Of a DNA stretch of 64,000 nt, positions 12,811 to 24,608 are shown piece after piece. Origin of the DNA: Eledone cirrhosa. Taxonomy: Eukaryota. The notes below the pieces were generated by a model. That model saw nothing but the letters and a program-made list of their open reading frames with translations, was not told the origin of the DNA and did not search any database. The position numbers and the translations under genes were made by a program. Within the stretch, counting starts at the first letter, position 1. Every line of letters starts with the position of its first letter. The stretch is taken from NCBI GenBank assembly GCA_964016885.1, contig OZ024741.1, positions 175,646,001 through 175,710,000 on the forward strand, given 5' to 3'.

Positions 12811-15800
12811 GCATTTATCTTGCTTTATGTTCATACGAGTTATCACCAAGTCACAACCAGTGACCTCAAGAGACAACAAGGTCCGCCATGTTCAAGAAAG
12901 AACATACATATTCACACATGCATCCTTAGTGTTTAGACTTGTGATGTACTTATATTGACAGGATCTTCCTTAGTATATGGGCAGTTCCCATTAGTACTAT
13001 CTTTTGTATTTCTCCTATACGCGGGTTTCCTGGGATTTGCGATAAGTAGTCGTTAGACCCCTTAGGTATCATTCCCAGAGCGTCTACAACCACTGGTATT
13101 GTTTTAGTTCTCAATTTCCACATTTCTCCAATTTCTATCTCCAGGTCCTTATACTTGCTCAATTTTTCAAATGTTTTTATAGATACATTCTTGTCTATTG
13201 GAACAGACATATCAATTAGCAGGCATACGCTCCTTTGAAAGTCCTTCAATATTATATCAGGTCTATTTGCATCTATTTTTCGGTCTGTTTGGATGCTAAA
13301 GTTCCACAAGATTGAGATGTGATCTTTTTTAAGTATGGGAGGTGGTTGATGCTCCCACCAATTCTTTTGATGTGGCAGGTCAAAATGCTTACACATTATC
13401 CAATGTATGTATTGTGCAGCTCTGTCATGCCTGTTTAGGTATTCGGTTGGAGCTATAGGACTGCACATTGAAATGATATGGTCAATGGTCTCTGGTTGTT
13501 TTTTGCATACACGGCATAATGGGCTGCACCCATTTTTTATTATGTTGGCTTGGTAATTTTTTGTTGGCAGACACTGATCTTGTGCCGATATAATCAGTCC
13601 TTCAGTCTCCGATTTCAGTCCAGAGGATGCCAACCACTGATGGGTTAAAGTTTTGTCAACATCAGGATTGTTAGCTCGCTCTGGGTATTTTCCATACAGA
13701 GGCTTTTCTTGCCATTTCTTAGCCAGTTTCTGTAGCAGTTATTTCTTTGCAGTTACTTTTACCTGCTTTGCTTTTTCTGTGTTTTCCATTTCAGCAGTAA
13801 ATGGGACTTCTGAAATTTGTAGTCCATTACTGTATCTTTGTGCATATTTTGTAATGGAATATGATCTTTTGGTGCTTTCGTGTTTCAAAACGAGTTTGAT
13901 CATCCAATCATGTGATTCCCTTAGATATGTGGATAATCCAATCGTTGCAGTTTTCAACGCAATGTCTAACTGGATTAACCCACGTCCTCCTTCTTTCCTA
14001 GGGAGATATATTCTATCTATGTCTGTCTTAGGTTGATGCATTCTGTGCATGGTTAAGAATTTTCGGATTTTTGTATCGAGCCTACGGATCTCTGTGCTTG
14101 ACCAGTTGATGACATTGTAACTGTAGGTTACTACTGGTATGGCAAGCGTGTTTATGGCATCGATCCTATTCCTTGCATTCAATTCCGTTCTTAAGATTGC
14201 TCTTACTCTGCGGTAACATTCCTTCCTTATCCTTTCCCTCATTGTCGAGTGCTTGATTCCGTCTCCTTCACAAACACCTAGATATTTGTAAGTTTTTTCT
14301 AGATCAAGCTCTCTTATCACGTTCCCCCGATCAAGATTAATGTCTGAACTCTTCAGCAGCTTTCCTCTGGTGAACGTTGCTTTGGCGCATTTATCCAGTC
14401 CAAACTCCATTTTTATGGCATCACTGAACTGCTTCACAGTGGATAATAGCCCTTGCAATTGTTCATCATTTTTTGCAAATAGTTTCAGGTCATCCATGTA
14501 GAACAGGTGATTAATGGTTTTGTCATAGACTCTATATCCATGTTTTGTTTCATTGAGCATTTTACGTAATGGTATAAGTGCGATGCAGAATAAAAGCGGT
14601 GATAAAGAGTCACCCTGAAAAATTCCACAATTAATATTAACTTCTCCAGCTTCCAGTGATTTTGTTTCACTATTCAAAAGGAGTGTCGTTCTCCATGTCC
14701 TCATACTGAATGACAAAAACCTCCTGACAACGGGGGATATTTTGAAAATCTCTAAACATTTTTCAATCCAACTGTGTGGCAAACTATCGAATGCTTTTTT
14801 ATAATCTATCCAAGCAATCGATAGATTTTTGTGTCTATTATGACAATCCTCCAGTATCATTTTGTTAACCAGAAGCTGATCCTTACAGCCATATGAGCCT
14901 CGTTTACACTATTTCTGCTCAATGGGAAATAGGTCATTTGTTATCAGGTGGTCATATGTGTATTCAGTTAGGACTGATGTTAAAATTTTATACATTGTGG
15001 TCAAGCAGGTTATCGGTCTGTAATTTTTGGGATTGTTTGTCTCATCATTCTTCGGTAGCAGGAATGTAATGCCGTTAACTAGCCATGATGGTATCGTTTC
15101 TGGCTCGTTAACTATTTCATTGTAAAGTTGGGCTAACAGCTCATGAGACTCTGTGAAGGCATTTATCCAAAAGTTTTGTATTTTGTCTTTTCCTGGGGAT
15201 TTCCATTTGCTGGTTTTTCTTAGAGCCAAGCGCAGCTGTTCAACTGTTATATTTTCCCATGTTTGTTCTTCAAGGTGAGCTGTTTCTTTCATTTGTCTGT
15301 CTATCCATGGGGCATGTATGTTATGAACTTTTTCTTCGGCCCAGATCTTTTCCCAGAATTCTTGCACTTCCTCCTTGGGTGGTATTGATTTAGCAGTTAT
15401 TGTTGACTTACCAATTTTTCTGTAGAAGTTTCTTTGGTTGTTTTTGAACATATTATTTTCCTTATAGAATCTAGATCGTTTTTCAAAGCGCCTTATACGA
15501 GCAGCTTTGGCCGACACTTTTTGCTTGATTGTTTCTATCAGCATGTCTATGTCACATGCTGATCTTATACTGTACTTTTTTTTCAATTTTCTAAGTTTAG
15601 TTTGTTTAACATGTTCACCTACTTTATAGTTTGTTAAAATTTCTATGTCAGATCGGAGAAGGTTTATTTGGCGATTGATGTTATCTTGACAAGTAGATTT
15701 CTTGTGGGAATTCCTTTGTTTTTTCATCTTCACTCCACATAAGTGAGTGGTGACTTTAGCCGATGCATAATAGAGATGATTTAAGTCAGTAATGTTTAGT

Positions 15801-17706
15801 TTGTTTGTGATGATAATGTTTTTGAGAATTATGTTAGTCTTGTGTATTATCTTTTGGTTCTGTTTGGAGTTCTGGATCTTAGGGAGGGTGTCTCGTTGCA
15901 CCATGTCAGATTCTTTCATTTTCATCCATTCGATCATAATTTCATCCTTCAAGTTGGCAAGTTCATTCTCATTCATTTCTTTATCATTTACGATCTCATT
16001 ATTTTCATTTGGAGTTTCATCCTGAGCATGCACTCCCTCCACTTTTTCGCTCCTTTCTTTAATTTGTTCTGTTGCCAGTGATTCCGCCCCAACCCTGGGA
16101 TTCGAAGTGTTACAGTTTACCTCGTTTTCACTGACACATGCTTCATTTTCCCTTCGCTGACTTTGTGCTACTAGCTTGATCTGATCAATTTCTATATCAG
16201 TTAGTAACTTTTTTCTTACAATATTTCTTCGTATATTGGCTAGTTTGTTACTGTCAATATAGCCTCTGTTTTCGGGATGTTTCTTTTTCCAGTTGATATA
16301 TGTCTGTTCTGTATTCGATGTATTTGATGGGTAGTACATGGCAGTGTAGAAAGCCTCAAGGACTTCTTTATTATCTTCCCTTGACCATTTTTCTCTCTTT
16401 TTCTTTGGATTTCTTGGTGGTGAGCATGGAGGGCCAACAGTAGGAGTATTCCGGTTATGGGAGGTCTCCAGCTCCGAAGTGATGGGAAGGTTTGAACCAT
16501 TAGCTGATTTTTCGACCCCAGTCTGGTTCCTCTCTGAGGGACGCGGCCCTTTTTTACCCGGGTGACGGCCGATCCGGTATGAGATTTTATCATTAGACAT
16601 TTACTTTATTTTGTCGCGTTTTATCCTTATCCGCCAAGGGGTAATCATTTCGTGTTACCACTTCTAGAACGAGTGTCAACCAAGACTAGAGGGGTCGTTC
16701 TCCCCTAGAGACATGGCTATTCCCCGCCGGCCACCATCCCGGTATTTCTTGGTCACGGGGTTTTCTTTTTGTTGTTTTTTTTAAAATTGTTATTATCATG
16801 ACTGGTTCCTTAATGTGAGCATTGCGTGGCTTAAGAATGAAATTATTAATAATTGTCTCCACTCCAGGCACAAGGCCAGTAATCACCCAGTGCATTACAA
16901 TGATATAATATACTTTTTGTTGTAGTTGGCTGTTATTGTTGTCGGTGGTGGTGCCGGGGCTTTTTATATTGTTGGTGAGGAAGGGGTGAGCCAGCAGTCC
17001 CATAATTGTTGATGTAGACTTTTGGCCGGTGGCAAGGTCACCAAGTCAATCTATTTATATCTTTTGCTAGCCTCTCTCTTGTCTAGTGATACCGCCACCT
17101 TCCCTTTTCTCTCTCAAGTTAACAGGGGAATAGTGTCAGTAGCATTGAATGAGTGGTGGCGGCGATGATGGATGTGGTGGGGTGGTGGCAGCGGTGGTGT
17201 TGTGGTTACTGATATAGTATCTATGAGTTTGTGTTCGTATGTTTAATATATATTTTTATTATATTTTGTGTTGTCATATTCCCGTAAAATTTGAATTAAA
17301 CATTTTTTAAAATTTGAGACAATAATCATAGTAATTATTATTATGATGCTGGTGAAATTGCCGTTATCTGGCTGTTATATTTAGAGTGATGGGATAGGTA
17401 GTGTATCAAGTTTCTGGTGTTGGTGAAATTGAAATTGCTGCTGTTCTATATAGTGTAGACAGAGGGTGTTTTGTTCCATTTATAACCATTTTCTTTTTTT
17501 GAATAAAAAATATATAATACAAAATTGAATATTTGAGCGATACAACAATATAATATGGATCCGAAACTTTATGGGACCTCATTCGGTGCCTTTATGCAAC
17601 ATTTGTGCTAAGAATTGTTCTTTCACAATTGATTTAAATATGTTAAAAATCAAAAAACTTACGGGAGCAATTTCGTGACGTTCTACCACCTCGTGCGTCT
17701 TCTTCC

Positions 17707-17707
<1 letters not shown>
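12806..17707 (-). mobile_element. R4/Dong-like family A, copy A2 (full length, ~4.9 kb, with ~1.1-kb 5' UTR)
   Basis: Starts GGGAAGAAGACGCACG right after (TAA)n; ends in a (TAA)n tail. Confidence 0.93.
12950..16600 (-). pseudogene. A2 single ORF (~1216 codons: N-terminal W-motif, RT, CCHC, RLE) with two in-frame stops (14909-14911, 13739-13741)
   Basis: The track ORFs starting at 16600, 14860 and 13633 are all in one frame. Confidence 0.92.
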
Positions 17708-17740
<33 letters not shown>

Positions 17741-17748
17741 GTTGTTAT

Positions 17749-20700
17749 TCCTTGAATCTCAGTCATTGATGTTGGTTAACTGGAAAGTCCGTTGGATTGA
17801 ATATCAAGCCACTACCTGCAGCCTCAGATATTCAGGACGTATCGGAGGGTTCTTGCTGTTCCAAGCAAGCATGCCTTTTGAAGCGTTCCAAAAAGCGTGA
17901 AGGGGCCGATTTTCTTTAACCATCCCTGGAAACTTTTGGAGATAGTCCCCAGTGCGCCTATGACAATCGGGATCACTTTGACTTCATGGCAGTTCCAAAT
18001 CCTTTTCACCTCCCACTTTAGGTCCTGGTATCGGTTAATTTTCTCCCTCTCCTTCTCTTGCACTCTCGTGTCGAACGGGCAGGCCACATCCACAATCAGA
18101 CACGATCTTTTTTCTTTGTTCACAACCACCAGGTCAGGTCTATTGTGTTCCAGTTTTTTGTCCGTCTGTATCCTAAAATCCCACAGCACCTTCACCTGAT
18201 TGTTCTCCATCACCGCCTCTGGCCTATGCTCATACCATTTCTCAGAATGTGGTAAATTGTTTACTTTGCACAGGTGCCAGTGGATCACCCTGCCCATCAC
18301 ATCGTGTCTCCAGCCCTTATAGTGGGTCTGGGCTAGGTGTTTACACTCGGACACAATGTGAGCCACAGTCTCCTCTCTCTCTCCACAGATCCTGCACAGT
18401 GGGCTAGCCTCCTCCTTGTAGATATGGTGCTTCAACCACTTCGTTTTGAGGGCCTGCTCCTGCGCAGCCATTAGCATTCCTTCTGTAGCCTTTTTGAGGT
18501 CTCCTCTTCTCAACCAGTTCCATGTCTGTGGATCTCTAAATTCAGTTTTCTCAAAGAAGGTACTATGAAGGGATTTTCCCTTAAGGCTGCTCTTCCTCCT
18601 TGATGTTATTTCCTCCTTGGACATCCCCTGGCCTACTGTCCCCTCCTTCAGTACAGTTCTGAGCATTGGCTCCTTACTATAGGTCACGTATTTGTATAGG
18701 TTGTTTTTCTCTATCTGAACACAGTCCTCTATGCTGATAAGACCTCTTCCACCCTCAGATCTCCTTAGGTAGAGTCTATCGACATCACTCCTCTTGTGGA
18801 ACATGTTGTAGATAGTCAATAGCTTCCTAGTCTTCCTATCCATTTCTTTTTGTTCAGCAACATTCCATCTCAGAATTCCCGCACTGTACCTTATAATAGA
18901 CACAGCTCGGAAATTTACTGCGCTTATGGCATTTCTGCTGTTCAGATGTGACTTCAATACGCTCCTTACTCTCCGAATGTATTCAGTTCTTAACAATTCC
19001 TTCATTTTTTTGTTCTTTATGCCATCAGCCTCCAGAACGCCCAAATACTTGTATCCTTCCTCAGAGTCAATTTCCTTTATCATCTCACCTGTTGGTATCT
19101 GGATCCCGTTACTTCTGCTCAACCTACCCCTCTTCATCACAATGACTCCACATTTACCAATACCAAACTGCATACATATATCACTGCTGAAAATACGGAC
19201 AGTGTCAACAAGCACATCCAACTCCTTCTCACTTTTCCCGAAGAGCTTAAGATCGTCCATGAAGAGGAGGTGATTGATGGTAAGCTCTCCCCTTCCCAAC
19301 TTGTATCCTGCTCTCACTTTTCGCAGCATAATGGTCAAGGGCATCAGGGCAAGGACAAACAACAGAGGGGACAGGCTATCTCCCTGGAAGATACCTCTCT
19401 TGATCTTCACGCTTCCCAAGGATACTCCAGTTGATGTCAACTCTGTCTCCCAGGACCCCATACTCCTGCCTAGCAACTGTCTGATGTTATCTGCCACCCT
19501 GAAGATCTCCAGGCTTTTGGTGATCCAGGAATGAGGCACCATGTCAAATGCCTTTCTGTAGTCTATCCATCCCATGGCAAGATCAGTGTGTCTCCTCCTG
19601 CAATTCCCCATTACCATCTTATCAATAAGTAACTGGTCCTTTGTACCACGTGACTTCTTTCGGCATCCTTTCTGTTCGTCCGGTAACAAGTTGTTTGTGT
19701 GGAGGTGATGGTAGATTTCCTCAGACACAATGCTCGTCAACAGTTTCCACATTACGGACAGACATGTGATAGGTCTATAGTTGGTAACATCATTACCCTT
19801 GATTCGGTCTTTCATTATCAGAACTGTGGTACCTTTTGTCAACCACTCTGGCACCTCACCCGACACCAAGCAGTCATTGAACATGGCCGTCAGCTTCGGG
19901 TGGAGGGATGTTAAATGTTTAATCCAATACCCCTGCACACCATCTGGGCCTGGTGATTTCCAGTTGGCTAGTTTTTTGGCCTGCCCCTTAAGAGTTTCAA
20001 CTGTGATACTCAAATCAGTTTGTTGTTGTGCCTGCTCACCGATCTCCCTCTGTACTGTCTCAATCCACCCTGCCTGGGCATTGTGTCTAACATCCTGCTC
20101 CCATATTCCCCTCCAGAATGTTTTAGTTTGCTCCGCCCCAGGGATCAAGTCGTTGCCTCTTTCTTTCCCCTCAAGCTGTCCAAACAGCATCTTCTGGTTG
20201 TTGTCGAACATGCGGTTCTGTTTATACTGACTGACTCTGTTCTCGTATCGCCTGATTTTTGCACTCTTTGCTACAATGCGTTGCTTCAGTTCCTCTATGA
20301 TAATATTTAGCTTTTTCCTCCTAGTTTTGTATTATATTTCCAGTCTATTTTTAGTGCCTATGTTTTTTAGTGTCCCATTCAGTAGTGACTCAAGCTTTCC
20401 TATGTCATTTCTCATTTCCCCGATTTGCCCACTCAGTCGCTTCTTCCACCACGGCTCTGCTCTTTCTTGTCTGTTGTTTCCTCTCGCTTTTATACCAAGT
20501 AGTTTCCTCACCGTATTTGCTGTTGCTTTGAGGATATTGTTGCACTGGTGAAGGCTCCTCGCCTCAAGGTATGGGATGACTTTGTTTACCTTAGCTGTTG
20601 TTTCTTTTAACTTTTTCCTGTCTACAAATCTTAGGTTCATAGGTCTCCCACTATCATTGTTCAATTCATCTACCACTAAATTTAGGATGTCAACCGAATC

Positions 20701-22249
20701 TTGTCCTAGCCCGTCAGCATTCATCTCCTCAGTGGCCGTATCTCTGTTCCAGGTATTATTTATCTCAGTATTCAGATCATTATCTGCTTCGGGTGGTTCC
20801 TCCGTTCTCAGGACCTCTTCACCTTCATTTCCCACTGGCTCGCTTGTCTGGCATACTACACCCGCCATCTCCAAGCCATTCTCTCTGCTCAGTTCCTCCA
20901 GTTCCAGCTCGCTTATCCATCCATTAGTTCTTATTACCCGAGCCTGCCCGGCCAATTTTTGTTCATCTAATTTAAATAAACCAATCTCGTTCCAGATGTT
21001 ATGCATCCGTCTCCTGTAGCCCCTCTCCTTGGGGTTACTTTTCAGGTAACATTGCATAACAGTTCTATTCAATTCTTTCGTCCAGTTGGTTCTGGCCCCT
21101 TTCCTTCTTCTCCTTCCTCCAACATCAGCAGTATTTGGTTGACAGTCAGGTTCCTGCTGCTGAGCCAGGGGGCACCTGTTGGGTGAGAGTCTGTCACATG
21201 ACGTTCTAGTCTCCATTTCACCGTTATTCGAACTGTTTATGTTCGATATTTAAACACTCTTATCGAGGATTGGCGAATGTATGGTTACATATCCATCTGT
21301 GGATCCGCCATTCCACTTGGCCCTTGTGTGGCATTATCACCACGCTGTATACGAACACACATAAACAAACAAACACACAGGCAGAAAGGGCCCCAAAAAT
21401 GAATAAGCATAAGTTTCATTGTAATGTAGTGTTCGAATGTCTGACTTAGTTTTTGTTTTTTAAGTTTTAGTTTTCCCCCCCTCTTCTCTGTCCGTCCGCC
21501 TGCTTCTCTCTTCATTCTTATTTTCTTTAGGTTTTTTTTTTTTTTTTTTTTTTTGGTTTTTCTGTTTGTTTTTTTTTGCTGTTATTGCTGTGCTGCTTTG
21601 GTTTTGTTGTTTGTTTTTTCTTTTTTCTTTTGAGTCTATCTATATATTTTGATGCCTTCCTCTTTTTTAGCAGTAGGGATTCTATAATGTGGTGGCTGCA
21701 GCCAGCTGGAAGGAGTGGGAGACTGGCGGCGGTAGCGATACTGAGACAGTGGTGGTGGTGATGTCGATACCGAGGCAGTGGTGGTGGTGATGTGGCCGTA
21801 TTACTGTAGTGATGGTGCTGTAGCGGTGGTAGCAGTGAAGGAGTGAAGGGGTGGTGGCGGCGGTGATGGGATAATGGTTGTAATGATGGCCGTAGTGAGC
21901 GGTGGTGGTTTAGTGTACACAGGTGATGGGGTGGGTGGTGTATCTAGTTTCTGGTGTTGGTGAGTTTGGCTTTTCTATATAGTGTAGACAGAGGAGGAGG
22001 GGGGGGTTCTTCTTCCATTTATAGCCATTTTCTTTTTTGGATATACATTGTACAATACAAAGTTGAATATTTGAATATTTGAGCCTTATAACAATATATT
22101 TTGGGTCCGAATTTTTTGGGGCTCAAGCCGGGTGCTTTACGTAGCATTTGTACTAAGAGTTGTTATTTCACAAATGATTTAAATATGTTAAAAATTCAAA
22201 ACTTACGGGAGCGATTTCATGACCTCCGTCACCTCGTGCGTCTCTTCCC
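17749..22249 (-). mobile_element. R4/Dong-like family B, copy B1 (full length, ~4.5 kb)
   Basis: Flanked by (TAA)n at 17708-17748 and 22251-22280; its 5' leader is shared with family A. Confidence 0.93.
17824..21216 (-). pseudogene. B1 ORF (~1130 codons, RT+CCHC+RLE) with a single nonsense codon at 20332-20334
   Basis: FMDD, CRICGEREETVAHIVSEC, RHD, NRPDLV, IVDVACP, EKINRY; copy B2 has AAA where B1 has TAA. Confidence 0.92.
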
Positions 22250-22494
22250 TATAATTATTATTATTATTATTATTATTATTGAATGCCATGGTTGACGGAG
22301 GCTCGGCTCTGTAAGGTATAGTAATTTTTAACCGTTAAAACAATTGTAAATTGTTTAAAACTTGAACCAAATTGTTGATAAAGACACCCTCCTCCTCGTG
22401 AGAGGGGTCTTTCTGTCCGTTATTTGGCCCTTCGGGTTAAATAACCAGTTATTGGGGTTTTGTACCCAAAATTTCATTTTAAACAAAAAACAAC

Positions 22495-24573
22495 ATGGCT
22501 ACGAAAAAGTAATTTCATACGTCACTCCCACTCATTCCGTCTTCTTCTTCCTCAATCATCACTACAGCAGAGAGAAGATTGTCTCTCTCCCTCCCTTCTT
22601 TAAATGTGTCTCTCTCCCTCCCTTCTCTTTCGCAAGTGACGAAAGAAAAGAAAAGTCTCGTGCAAAGCGTGCAAGGTTTCTCCACGACGACGACGACAGC
22701 GACGAAACAGGTGTGCGGGAAATACGAAAACCCAGTTCATTCGTCTGACGTCAGGAATAATAGCAGTAGCAGCCGTAATAACAACAGCAACAGTGACAAT
22801 GAAAACAACAGTAGCAGCCGCAACAGCATCACCAGCAGCATAAACAACAACAGCATTAGCAGCAGCAACACCAACAACAACCACAGCAACAGCGGCGGAG
22901 GCAGTAGTCGTAGTACCTGCAGCAACAACAAAAGTACCAGTAGCTCTGACGACAACAACAGAGAAAAACCAATCTCATTTGCAGGTATTGCGAAAAACTT
23001 GGAAACAATCCTCATAACAAATGAGGAATTAGAGGAAGCGAAGAAGATGGTGACAAAGAACGGACACCGAGCAATCTGCAAGGCAGCGAATAATTTTTTC
23101 GAAACCCAAGAGCACTGTACGGTCACGTACCGTACAGTAAGTACAAAATCCCGTAGGGTGGAAAGAGCCACAGAGGCCCAAATACAAAAAGCCTTGGGGT
23201 CTGTGTGGCAGCGGAAAACGCACATCACCCGAGGCAAAAAATACGCCACCGTAGACGTACTTTTTGCCACACCCCAGGAGGCAAAGGCCCAATCAGTAGT
23301 GACCCTAAGGAGCGAGGAAATGGTGTTGGTGCCCTCCTACTGCGGGCAAAAAATTGTGAGGGTCAAACTGACCCACGTCCCCCCCGGAATGACCCCTTCT
23401 TGGCTGGCCGCGTCTGTCCTCGTCGGAATCGAGGACAAAACAACTGTACTGCAAGTACAGAAAAAAGTAAGAGAAGATTGGGTCGGCTCCTCCATTGAGA
23501 TGCTAATCCAAACCAACCAGGAGTGCATCGAAGCTATCCCGGATGTGATAGACTTCGATAACGGCACTCAACTGCCCATAAGTGTTGAGGGCAAACGCCC
23601 GAAATGCTTTCGCTGTGGATCGAAGACTCACCTCAGGGCCTTCTGCAACGAGAAGACCCTGAGAAAGGAGAAAACCCCCCTCCTTCCGAATCCGGCTCCA
23701 CGGCTACCAGCAACAGGACAAGCGGCAACCAGGAACGATAGGTCCGTGGCACCCATACCCACTCCACGGAAATCAAAGACAGCAGCAGCAGTGGAAATAT
23801 TAACAACAACAGCAATACCAAATGCAGCTGCAACAGAGACTCCAGTGCAAACATCACCAACAACAACAAGTGAAAGAGTGGAGCTGGTACCCCTCCCCGA
23901 CCTTACAGAATCAGACATGGAGTGTGATGTGGGAGAGGGATGGCAAAAGATCGCAAGAAGGCACAAACGCAGAAGCAGCGCATCGTCGCCTTTGAAAAGG
24001 GAGGAAAGAAATGAGAAAAGGGTAAAGTCTACTGCAAAGAGACCCACAGCAGCAACACCACCAACACCATCACCACCCACACCAGCACCACCATCACCAC
24101 CGGCGACAACCCCACCGCCAACAACACCTTCAACACAAGCACCAACATCGCAAACACAACAACAAAACACACACACCCAGCAACAACGACAAGAAAATAG
24201 CAGAACCACACCCCACCCCCAGAAAAACAAATGCACGGCAATAAATACACACAACAAGAAACTAATGACTTACATAATTGAACACACAGACATTTCACAA
24301 CAGGACTACATAATACCAGCACCAATCAAAACGCCAACTAACATAAGACTGCTAAAAATAGCACAGAAACAATACACAAACATTAAAACGAAATTCCCCA
24401 ACGCAGTTGGTGATTTCAGGGACCTAGGAGGAACCATCAATCGAAGAGTATACTCAGACATTCTCTTAGAAGAGCCGACGACCAGCCGAAGGGACGATTC
24501 AACGGTCCCTTCACCAGACGATCAAGTGAAAAGGGATGTAAAAACCATCCCTCCTCTACCAAAAGTACGGTAA
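22495..24573 (+). pseudogene. T1 ORF1, gag-like with CCHC knuckle; nonsense at codon 6
   Basis: CFRCGSKTHLRAFC; ATG 22495 is in frame with the 664-aa ORF and matches MATKKKFH in T2; S/N-rich and P/T-rich low-complexity tracts. Confidence 0.85.
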
Positions 24574-24608
24574 GTGGTCTTTCCCATCTTTTCCACTTTA
24601 TTTTAAAC

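Noticed and set aside
21265-21345. HDV-like ribozyme in the B1 5' UTR (TGGCGAATG resembles the HDV J4/2 region)
   Set aside because: The motif is antisense to the element and no P1/P1.1/P3 nested pseudoknot could be built.
22737-24325. Long antisense ORFs over Tx1 and Dong coding regions
   Set aside because: Shadow frames of low-complexity or GC-rich coding sequence; they recur only because the elements are near-identical.
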